DNA of 64,000 nucleotides from an uncultured Acidobacteriota bacterium (GTDB lineage Bacteria; Acidobacteriota; Vicinamibacteria; Vicinamibacterales; SCN-69-37): NCBI GenBank assembly GCA_963798795.1, contig CAWCUZ010000001.1, positions 1,556,099 to 1,620,098 of the forward strand, read 5' to 3'. Shown piece by piece: positions 10,583 to 18,914 of this stretch (position 1 is its first letter; each line of letters starts with the position of its first letter). The notes under the pieces were generated by a model. It saw only the letters and a program-made list of their open reading frames with translations, ran no database searches and was not told where the DNA came from. The position numbers and the translations under genes were made by a program.

Positions 10583-10644
10583 TGCTCATAGAGACACCGC
10601 CGCGCGTGGAATTCGTCGCCGCTGTCGCTGGTGTCCGTTACTGT

Positions 10645-10691
10645 CTCTTGCCGTCCGTCAGGCATCGAGTTCCGTGTGTGTACGGCAAGAG
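10645..10691. promoter_or_regulatory. 10-bp perfect inverted repeat upstream of dsbA
   Basis: CTCTTGCCGT-N27-ACGGCAAGAG. Confidence 0.35.
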
Positions 10692-10853
10692 CCGGCGGTC
10701 TTGTACGCCGCACACCGTGCCATGCTCGCACGGCCGCTCGCAGCCGGTTCGCCCGATGCCCGTGCACGCTCAGGTTGGAGTTGACAGCGCCGGTCACACG
10801 CGCGGTGATGCCAGAGCGCTCTCGGCTCCCGGCCCCGGGCTCTCGGCCCCGGC

Positions 10854-11069
10854 CTACTCCGGAGAGATCCGGATCGAACGCCAGCGGGCGTACGCGCGAC
10901 GAACATAGGCCAGACGCTCCGCCGGCGTCGGATACCTTCGGCGGAACCAGCGCACGAGTTCCAGCACCGCCTCCCGTTCTTCGGCTGTGACAGGCGCCTC
11001 GAGATAGCGCCGCGCCTCGTCGGCCGTGAGGACGCGATTCACCTCCGCCGCCAGCGCGTCTCCGGTCAT
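10854..11069 (-). CDS. Small hypothetical protein coupled to a nucleotidyltransferase
   Basis: 71 aa; ATGA overlap with the upstream gene. Confidence 0.65.
   Translation of the reverse strand: MTGDALAAEVNRVLTADEARRYLEAPVTAEEREAVLELVRWFRRRYPTPAERLAYVRRAYARWRSIRISPE
10949..11013. repeat. 65-bp direct repeat, copy 1
   Basis: Near identical (about 4 mismatches) to 12527-12591. Confidence 0.85.
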
Positions 11070-11554
11070 GTTCCGCCCTCCGTGCCACCGTCGCTCTCGA
11101 GCAGGCGCAGCAGCCGCAGGTCCTCGAGGTCCTTCGGTCGTCCACTGAAGCTCTTCGTGCGGATCAGATCCGAATGGCTCGGCAGATGCACGTCGACACC
11201 GGGCGCCACCGTGATGGCGCGCCGGCGCGCCCAGACGTCATCGAACGCCACCACTTCCCCGCCGAGGGTCGGTGCCGCCCGAGCGACGAGCACGTCGACA
11301 TGCTCATCGTTCTCGAGCACGTAGCGGCCGCGCCGCCGGGCCTCCTCGGGCGTCATCGTCGGCCGCAGGTCGAGATGCCGGAGCGAGTCGTTGAAGCGCT
11401 GCATGTCATCGATCGCAATCCAGAAATCGTAGTCCGCCGTGAGCACGGGCAACCCCAGCAGCACCAGCGCGCGGCGGCCGATGAGCACCGCCCGGGCGCC
11501 GCCCGCCTGAATCGCGCGAAAGAACGCGATCTCGTCGAACTCCGTGGCCCGCAT
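11066..11554 (-). CDS. Nucleotidyltransferase-fold protein
   Basis: VLIGRRAL..LG.PVLTADYD, VDVL, DLIRTK...GRPKDLEDL. Confidence 0.75.
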   Translation of the reverse strand: MRATEFDEIAFFRAIQAGGARAVLIGRRALVLLGLPVLTADYDFWIAIDDMQRFNDSLRHLDLRPTMTPEEARRRGRYVLENDEHVDVLVARAAPTLGGEVVAFDDVWARRRAITVAPGVDVHLPSHSDLIRTKSFSGRPKDLEDLRLLRLLESDGGTEGGT

Positions 11555-11636
11555 GGCGGACGATTATACGTGCCGGCGACCGGCCGGCGGATGCTTGCCG
11601 CTCGCGGCACCTGGCGCGCGTCCGGCGCGGCCGGAG

Positions 11637-11720
11637 GTGAAGTTCTGGGACACGTCCGCGCTCGTCCCGCTCCTTCTCGACGAGCCTGCCACGCCGGCGA
11701 TGCGGCGTCGAGAACGTGAG
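11637..11720 (+). pseudogene. Truncated PIN-domain (VapC) N-terminus
   Basis: GGAG-GTG then KFWDTSALVPLLLDEPAT; similarity ends at the convergent vapC. Confidence 0.6.
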
Positions 11721-12218
11721 CTACTCGATGGCGTAGCCCAGCGCGCGGGCGTTGTGCCGGACGCGCGTGTCGCGCGTCACGATGGTCACGAGCTGCGGCG
11801 GCTCATCGAGCAGTTCGGCCGTCGCCAGGTGCACCGCGTCCAGCGTGCGAATCGGCTCGACCGGAAACGGCCGTCCCACGCGCGTGAGAATGGACTCAGT
11901 GACCGCGACCACGTCGCACCGCCGCGCGAACGACGCGATGCTGCGCACGGCGGCGCGCTCTTCCGCCGCGGTGATGCGGCCCGTGGCGCGAGCGCGGACG
12001 ATGGCGCGCGCGGCTTCCGCCAGCGTCAGGGCCGAGGTCACACGGTGGCCCGCCGCGCGCGGGGCCGCCCGTGCGGCCGCGTCGCGTTCCAGCAGGGCGG
12101 CCACGATGGCGCTGGTCTCCAGGTATCGAATCGGCGCCCGCGTGGCCGCCGAAGATGAACGCACGGCGGCGCCGCGCCTGCCGCGGGGCGGCACGGTCCG
12201 GCGGCTAGTCTTCGCCAC
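11721..12218 (-). CDS. vapC: PIN-domain toxin, VapC family
   Basis: YLETSAIV, TSALTLAEA, RTLDAVHLATA, VTRD. Confidence 0.85.
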   Translation of the reverse strand: MAKTSRRTVPPRGRRGAAVRSSSAATRAPIRYLETSAIVAALLERDAAARAAPRAAGHRVTSALTLAEAARAIVRARATGRITAAEERAAVRSIASFARRCDVVAVTESILTRVGRPFPVEPIRTLDAVHLATAELLDEPPQLVTIVTRDTRVRHNARALGYAIE

Positions 12219-12495
12219 GGTCGCTATCGATCAAGGCGGCGGCCGTGCCCGGCGGGAGTTGGACGTCCGGCCATCCCGCGATCGGATCACCGCTCTCGAG
12301 CGCCGGCCGGATGATGCCGGCCGCGACCAGTTCGTCGTACCCGCTCCGGCGTCCGCTCTTCGCCTGAGAGGACGGGGGCACGAGTTCAGCCACCACCCGG
12401 CCGTGGGCGGTGACCGCGATGCGCTCGCCGGTCTCGACCCGGCGGATGTATCGGCTCAGGTTGTCCTTCAGCTCGCGGATCGCGGCCTGCATCAT
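12205..12495 (-). CDS. vapB: Phd/YefM family antitoxin
   Basis: AIRELKDNLSRYIRRVETGERIAVTAHGRVVAELVP; overlaps the toxin start. Confidence 0.85.
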   Translation of the reverse strand: MMQAAIRELKDNLSRYIRRVETGERIAVTAHGRVVAELVPPSSQAKSGRRSGYDELVAAGIIRPALESGDPIAGWPDVQLPPGTAAALIDSDRGED

Positions 12496-12526
12496 CCAAA
12501 TATCGCTAGATATGGCCACATGTGCA

Positions 12527-12591
12527 AGCGCACGAGTTCCAGCACCGCTTCCCGTTCTTCGGCTGGAACAGGCGCCTCGAGATAGCGTCGC
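12527..12591. repeat. 65-bp direct repeat, copy 2 (fragment of the 71-aa gene)
   Basis: Matches 10949-11013. Confidence 0.85.
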
Positions 12592-12611
12592 AGACTGACC
12601 GCGCGTGGGCT

Positions 12612-14267
12612 TCAGTTCGGCTGCCTGACAATCACAACCTGTCGCCGGTGCTCGCCTGCGTCCAGAGTGATCCGGGCGCTGGCGGCGGCAGCGACCTTCG
12701 TCAGAAAGTCGGGATTGCTGAGATCGGCCGTGCGGATATCGTTCAGTACTGCCACGCGATACTCGCCAGGCACCAGTCTGCCGATCTCAAAACTGCCGTC
12801 CGCGGCGGGCCGGACGGCGCGAGCCGCGGGCATCCATGCCGCCCGCCGCGAGCGCTCGCCCGCGACGACCACGAGCACTCGGCTCGATACCGTATCTCCG
12901 GCCGCGCTCCGAAGGGTTCCTGCAAGCTCGGCGTCGGCTCGCGCGAAGATCAGAACGACCTCGACCGATGACGCCGCATCGCTGGGAATCTCGATCCCAC
13001 CATCGCCGATCGGCTTCACGCCCTGCCTGATCTGCCGAAGCCCCCAGACTTGCGTCTCGTCGCGAGCGCCCGGACGGACCTGGAAATCGTAACGGCCCGG
13101 CGGTACTCCACGAATGGCAAACCGGCCGTCAGATGCCACTCGCCACGAGGCCGAGCGGCTGCCGCCGGAATCGGTCGATCGGAGCCAGACGCGCAGGTCC
13201 ACTGGCGCGCTGGCGCCCGGTCCCTCGCCGTCGAAGATCACGCGCCCGACGACCGTCGCCTCCTGTCTGAGCGGGAACTCGCCGAGCTCGACGTCCTGAC
13301 CACCTGCGGTGAACTCGATCGTGGACGACCACACGGGCGCCGACGGATCGGCCGGTGACCTGTTGCCCGGAACCGCCCACGCCGTCAACTGGTGTGGACC
13401 GGGCCCGACCATGTCGGAGGCGAATGCTCCGTCCGGCGACGCCCGCACCGACGCGTGCTCGAGAGTGCGTGCGGGTTCCTCGATTGCGCTCACGTCAATG
13501 CGCACCTGAAGCGCCGGCATCGATTGGATCCCGGGGACCAGAATTCGTCCGCGCACGGCGGACGTCGAGTATGAGGGAAGCCGCACGTCGAACCCGGTCC
13601 GTTCCTCGCCGGCCGCGACACTCATGCGGGTCGCCTCCTGGGGAACCGGCGTTCCTGGCGCGAACACCGGAAATCCAATTCCGGCGGCACCGGGTCCACC
13701 TCCGGAGCCGGCAATCGCCGCGACGCCGTACTCGCCCGCCGCAAGGCCAAAGAGCCGGTAGCGCCCCTGATCGTCGGTCGTGGCTCGCTGTGCGATGAGA
13801 GGCTCGAGTTGAGCTGTCGCCGTGCTCGCGAGGCGCAACGGCACGACAACAGCCCCGCCTGCTGCCTCACCGTTCGATCGCCGAACGGTACCCTCGATGA
13901 CGGCGCCGCGGACCATCGCCAGCACGAGTCCTGTCACTCCAACGCCTGACCGAATGACCAGCGGCGTGCCCACACCGTCCGGATGACCCGAGCCGAACAG
14001 GGCGTCAACGTAGGCCGGCCGGGCGCCCTTCAACAGATACCGTCCCGGCCAGACGTTCGAATGAAGAAACGCTCCGTTCGACTCCGTCTTCACCGAAGAC
14101 ACAACCGAACCGCTGAGGGCGTCCTCGAGCGTCACGGTCACCTGGCCCAACGGGCGCCCGCTGCTCAGCGCCGTGCCCGCGATGGTGGCGAACGGAGGCG
14201 GCGGCTGGGTCCACGCCAGCGCGAACATCAGTCCGATGCCGGCCGCCGCAGGGCGTTTCCACCTCAT
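12612..14267 (-). CDS. Secreted protein with repeated carboxypeptidase-regulatory-like (Ig/prealbumin-like) domains
   Basis: Signal peptide; repeated I.G.V...TDD.G.Y...GL..G.Y motifs. Confidence 0.8.
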   Translation of the reverse strand: MRWKRPAAAGIGLMFALAWTQPPPPFATIAGTALSSGRPLGQVTVTLEDALSGSVVSSVKTESNGAFLHSNVWPGRYLLKGARPAYVDALFGSGHPDGVGTPLVIRSGVGVTGLVLAMVRGAVIEGTVRRSNGEAAGGAVVVPLRLASTATAQLEPLIAQRATTDDQGRYRLFGLAAGEYGVAAIAGSGGGPGAAGIGFPVFAPGTPVPQEATRMSVAAGEERTGFDVRLPSYSTSAVRGRILVPGIQSMPALQVRIDVSAIEEPARTLEHASVRASPDGAFASDMVGPGPHQLTAWAVPGNRSPADPSAPVWSSTIEFTAGGQDVELGEFPLRQEATVVGRVIFDGEGPGASAPVDLRVWLRSTDSGGSRSASWRVASDGRFAIRGVPPGRYDFQVRPGARDETQVWGLRQIRQGVKPIGDGGIEIPSDAASSVEVVLIFARADAELAGTLRSAAGDTVSSRVLVVVAGERSRRAAWMPAARAVRPAADGSFEIGRLVPGEYRVAVLNDIRTADLSNPDFLTKVAAAASARITLDAGEHRRQVVIVRQPN

Positions 14268-14282
14268 CAGTTCGCGCCGCCT

Positions 14283-16020
14283 TCAATTCCTGCCGGAACC
14301 CTTCAGAGTCAGCGGCTGCACCACTGAAGCACCAGGTTCCACCCGTATCTTCACCGCGCCGGACGCGAGCGTCGTCAGAAAACTGCGCGAAGCGGGGCCT
14401 TCAATTGGATTCAGCGTCACCGCAAGACAGTATTCGCCCGGGGGCACGTCGCTGATCTGATAGCTACCGTCCTCGCCGGTGGGTCGGCCGCCGACACCGT
14501 TCAGCATTCTGCCATCCTCATCCCAGCGCCGCGCGTCGACGGGAAAGATGTACACGAAAGCGAACGGGACCGTGTGGCCCGCTTCGTCGTAGACGGTCCC
14601 GGATACGGCCGTCTGCTTGTCGCTGAGTGTGAGGACGACGTCCCTCACGTCCGTCGCACCCAACTCAAGGCCGGCATCACGCACGTCACGGCCGGCAGCC
14701 GAGATCGCATCGAGCCGCCATTCCGGCAATGCGAGGAACGTCGGCAGCTCCAGCGCGTATCGGCCGGGAGGCAAACCGACGGTCGTGAACGACCCGTCCG
14801 GTTCGATACGGGCCGCCGCGTAACGACCGATGTTCCGACCATCGTACGGCGACGCGAGCACCGGAACGGATGCAATACCAGCCACCGGGTGAGCTGCCGT
14901 GTCGCCATCGTAACGCACCTGCCCGCGAATCCGCGCGGCAGGTTGGACCTGCACGACAAGGTCCGCCCTGGAGGTCCGGGCGTCCACGTCAAGGGAGCCC
15001 CACAGCGTCTGAGAGTCTGTCGGCGCAGGCAATACCTGTCCCAATCGCCGGACCGAGAACGTCGCCCCAGCCTGGCTCACAGCTTCCGGCGCCGGCGCTG
15101 GAAAGTCCGCGACCGTAATGCGGTAGATGCCGGCGGGGACCGGTACGAACGTGAACCCGCCGGCTCCTCTCATGACGGCTCGCGCCACCGGCACATCCGG
15201 CAGACCGCCGCTCAGGGTCGGCGTCCACAGATCGACCTGTCGGGGTCGGTCCGGTCCGATCCCACCAACGACTCTCCCGCCCAGTCTGACGAGTCCCTCC
15301 GTCGGGACACTCACGTCCACGGCCGGTGCCTCGTCGCCCGGCCCCAGCGAGGACAGGAACGCCGCGGCCACGTTCACGACACCGGGACTGTAGATCGTCG
15401 GCGATGAACCTGCCTGCACGGCAATCGCGTAGGTCCCCGCAGGCAGATCGCCCAGGCGATACTGTCCTCGATCGTCCGTAGACACGGATTTCCGGTCGTG
15501 CACGCGAGGGCCGACTCCAGTCTCTCGCGCGGTCATGGCCGTCACCCTGGCGCCGACGACCGGCTCCCCGGCGCGGTGTACCGTGCCGCTGATGGCGGCG
15601 CTGCGCCAGAGGCGCAACACGAGATTCGTCCTGTCCTCACCGAGCGTCAGGCGCAGATGCGACGCCGACATCCAGGCGCTCCATTGCGCATATCCGCCGC
15701 CGATGTAGCCCTGACGACTGGCGGTCACGGAGTACGTTCCGACCGGGACGTCCGGGTAGTTGAACCGCCCTGCGCCGTCGGTGGCGGAAGCGGCGACGAC
15801 CGGCGCCTGACCTCGCCGGGAAGGCAGTGAGAGCACGACATTCACACCGGCAAGCGTCTGCCCGGTGAAGCCGTCAACGACGCGGCCGGCTATGGATGCG
15901 GTCTGGTTCGGCGACGACTGCTGGGCGCGGACGGAGACAGCCCCCGCCAAGACGACCAGCCCACTCGCACCAGCGACAACGAGCGCGCCGGCACGACGCC
16001 ACCTATTCCACTTCAGAGCA
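14283..16020 (-). CDS. Secreted protein with repeated carboxypeptidase-regulatory-like domains (start uncertain)
   Basis: IAGRVVDG..TDGAGRF, STDDRGQYRLGDLPAGTY; paralog of 12612-14267; the annotated ORF start overlaps the peptide gene, so the true start is probably near 16000. Confidence 0.75.
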
Positions 16021-16347
16021 CTGGCACCAGATGTACAGGTCGCTCGCGCAGATCTGTTCCATGCCGCCGTACCAGACCGAACCGGCATCGCAGCTCGAAT
16101 GGATGACATTGTTGTACCCGCAGAACTCATCGCAGGTGTCCTGCTCATACGTGGCGCACCACTCGGCCACCGGGTCATTCCCGAGGTGAACGCAGCTCGG
16201 GCCGTAGGTATCCGTCTCGCACTCCTGGTAGAAGCCTCCGGAGATCTCGTAGCAGGTGAGCGCCTCGGCTCGAAGGGGCATCCTCGCGATACAGAACAAC
16301 AGACCGCACAAAAGAGCCAGCGCGCCGTTTCTAACCTTCCTCATCAT
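16003..16347 (-). CDS. Secreted acidic Cys-rich peptide 2 (10 Cys in mature part)
   Basis: GAGGG RBS; signal MMRKVRNGALALLCGLLF...AEA; CxxxC and terminal CxC; no K/R in the mature part. Confidence 0.75.
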   Translation of the reverse strand: MMRKVRNGALALLCGLLFCIARMPLRAEALTCYEISGGFYQECETDTYGPSCVHLGNDPVAEWCATYEQDTCDEFCGYNNVIHSSCDAGSVWYGGMEQICASDLYIWCQCSEVE

Positions 16348-16384
16348 ATGTCTACCCTCACGCTTCACCACCCAGTCATTGCGC

Positions 16385-16778
16385 CTATCCGCGCTCGGGC
16401 GTCAGCAGCCTCCGGTTCCACCGGCGCAATCGGGCTACCAGCGTTCCCGCCAGAATCAGTCCTGAAGCGAGCACCACGGCGAGCTCGACGCGCCGCCTTG
16501 GAGTCGCCGCGTTCTCGATCGCGCTCGCGAATTCCGCCACAGGCCGGGCGCCATTGAGACGTGCGCGAGCCTTCATGCGTCCATCCGGCTCGATGGTTCC
16601 GACGAGGAACGTGGGCGTGCCCGTCAATCGGAGCGACGCCGCACGCGCGGCGTCCTGCCTGACCGGGTCGTCAGATCCGGCCAGGCAAGCCGCAAAACGC
16701 TCCTGGTCGAGACCGATCGTCTGCGCGCGCAGCCTCACGCTCTGGTCATCCAGATGCGCCTGGTCTTGGAACAGCGCG
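16385..16778 (-). pseudogene. 5'-truncated dsbA paralog lacking CxxC
   Basis: ALFQDQAHLDD...FAACLAGSD...LRLTGTPTFLVG...RMKARA is colinear with the C-terminal half of 9773-10582. Confidence 0.85.
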
Positions 16779-16942
16779 CACGCCAGCGATCCGGAGGTGC
16801 TGTCCTGTACGCGTGATGAGCGACGCCCCGGGCGTGCGGACGTTCTCGGGCAAGAGCGCGCTTCGGTCGTCGCGCCTGGCGAGCCGGGCGCCGCACTCCG
16901 GATCCTATTGCGCGAAGTTCACGGTTCCAGGACACCAGGCGC

Positions 16943-17362
16943 TCAACGCGTCGCCGGCTCCTCGATGACGCGGGCCGCCCGCGACACCACGAACACCGCG
17001 TCGTCGGTAGCGCGCTGCGCGTCGGCCTGGCGGTAGCGGTCGGTCGGAATCAGATCGATCTCGCCGTAGAAGGCGAACTCGCGCTCCTTGCGGAGCCAGG
17101 CGGAAATACCCGCCAGGCGCTCGAGGTCTTCCGCGACGCTACCCAACCGCGCGCGGTGCTCGAGCAGATAGCCGCCGACGTCGTGCCAGTGCGGCGGCTC
17201 GACCCCGACGTGCCGCAGCACGCCCTTGAGCGCCAGTTCCACGATTTCCTGCGCCTCCCGAATCACGTCCGACCACGCCTGCTCCTGGCTCAGCACCGGC
17301 AGGATCTTCAGCCGTGCGCGGGCCTTGATCAGGTAGGCCTGCGCGAGCGACGTGTTCGTCAC
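16943..17362 (-). CDS. HEPN domain protein
   Basis: AQEIVELALKGVL...EPPHWHDV; GTGA overlap with MNT. Confidence 0.8.
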   Translation of the reverse strand: MTNTSLAQAYLIKARARLKILPVLSQEQAWSDVIREAQEIVELALKGVLRHVGVEPPHWHDVGGYLLEHRARLGSVAEDLERLAGISAWLRKEREFAFYGEIDLIPTDRYRQADAQRATDDAVFVVSRAARVIEEPATR

Positions 17363-17883
17363 AGCTCGAACACCTCGCCCGGCCGGTAGTCGGGTTTCAG
17401 GTCCCAGTACCACGCATTGGCGCGCCAGATCCGCTTCGCCCCCAGAACGGCCAGCCGCGCTCGGAGCGCCTCGAGCCGGCGCGCGAGCGCGCCGCCCTCA
17501 TCGACGAGGAGCCGCGCGTCCTCGGTCAGGTCGAGCAGCAGCGGACTGCCCAGCTGCAACTCGGACGGGGTCCGGAACACCGGCGACAGGCGCGTCGTCA
17601 CATCGCGCCCGCGCGCCGCGTCCAGCGCGGGCACGACCGCGCGCTCGATCGCGTCGAATTCAGCGACGCGCGGCATGCGGCCGTCCGGGAGCGGATCGAT
17701 GATCAGCAGCAGATCGAGGTCGGAATCGGGCCGCGGCGTGCCGCGCCCGACCGAGCCGAAGACGGCCAGGCTGACGAGCCGCGTGCCGTAGTGCGCGCGG
17801 CAGGCCCCGGCGACAGCCGTCAGCAGCTCGTCGAACACACTCGACGTCGGCGGCACGTGGGTACCCGCGGCATTCGGCGTCAT
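17359..17883 (-). CDS. Minimal nucleotidyltransferase (MNT) antitoxin
   Basis: VFGSVGRGTPRPDSDLDLL (GS-x10-DxD). Confidence 0.85.
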   Translation of the reverse strand: MTPNAAGTHVPPTSSVFDELLTAVAGACRAHYGTRLVSLAVFGSVGRGTPRPDSDLDLLLIIDPLPDGRMPRVAEFDAIERAVVPALDAARGRDVTTRLSPVFRTPSELQLGSPLLLDLTEDARLLVDEGGALARRLEALRARLAVLGAKRIWRANAWYWDLKPDYRPGEVFEL

Positions 17884-18281
17884 TGGCAGTCAGGAGCAGG
17901 ATAGCACTGGCGCGAGACGCCTCGGCGCGCCAGGCGATCCCCGGCTCCCCGCGTTCGACGCTCGGCGTTCGGGGCGCTTGCTCTCGCGGCTCGGCCGGAT
18001 GACGACCGAGCTCGGCGACCGGCTCCCGGGGTCCGCGTCGAGGCGATGGACCTGTTCACGCGGTGGGCCGCCGTAACGCACGTCGAGGGCGTCCGCCGCC
18101 GCGCCGAACGGCTCGTCAGCGTCCACCCGGTCACAGCGCCGGTGCGTTTGCAGACAGCCGCCTTGGCGGCATAAAGTATAAGGACACACGTTCGCTGCTT
18201 GCTGAGGCACCTGGCCCGTCCTGCGCGATTCCGGCGGCCCCGCACTCACCGAAGCGTCGACATTTGCGAGAGGACGATTCC

Positions 18282-18494
18282 ATGCGAGGCCACGCCGCCG
18301 GCGACCGGGTCACCCAGAGCGACTACGGAGACGGCACCATCCAGAGCGTCAGCGACACCTACACCCGGATCCTCTTCGACGCGCACGGTCTGCGGACGTT
18401 CGTGACGTCGCGCGTTGTCCTCACGCGCGCCACGACCGAGGCGCCGCCCAAGGCGGCAGCCCGTCGCAAGCGCGCGCCGAAGAAGACCGCCTAG
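18282..18494 (+). CDS. Small SH3/Tudor-like hypothetical protein with basic tail
   Basis: GDRVTQSDYGDGTI...ILFDAHGLRTF resembles the UvrD/PcrA C-terminal domain; AGAGG RBS. Confidence 0.6.
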   Translation: MRGHAAGDRVTQSDYGDGTIQSVSDTYTRILFDAHGLRTFVTSRVVLTRATTEAPPKAAARRKRAPKKTA

Positions 18495-18607
18495 GTCGAT
18501 CCTACGCGCGGCCATTTCGGGCGACCCGACCGGCGACGAGCCGATCGGCCGATCGCGCGATTGCCAATCTCGATCGTCAGATCGCCCGATTGCCGATCCC
18601 GATTGCC

Positions 18608-18776
18608 GATTGCCCGATCTCCCGATCCGATTGACGATTGCCCGATCTCCCGATCCGATTGACGATTGCCCGATCTCCCGATCCGATTGACGATTGCCCG
18701 ATCTCCCGATCCGATCTGACGATTGCCCGATCTCCCGATCCGATTGACGATTGCCCGATCTCCCGATCCGATTGAC
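18608..18776. repeat. 28-bp tandem repeat x6
   Basis: Unit GATTGCCCGATCTCCCGATCCGATTGAC. Confidence 0.92.
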
Positions 18777-18914
18777 GATTGCCGACGAGCGATGGCCGAT
18801 GTGGTCTATAATCTGACCGCCGCTTCCGGCCTGTCGTCCCACCTGGCCTGAACCGGCACGGCGTCGCGCCACCAAGGCCGCGGCGTCGGGTTTCCATTAT
18901 CTGGAGCATGAACG

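Noticed and set aside
10705-10735. Sigma54 promoter upstream of dsbA
   Set aside because: TGGCACG is present on the minus strand but the GC at -12 is not at GG-N10-GC spacing
18608-18776. CRISPR array or the 209-aa repeat ORF
   Set aside because: Head-to-tail 28-mers without spacers; the ORF is a by-product of the repeat
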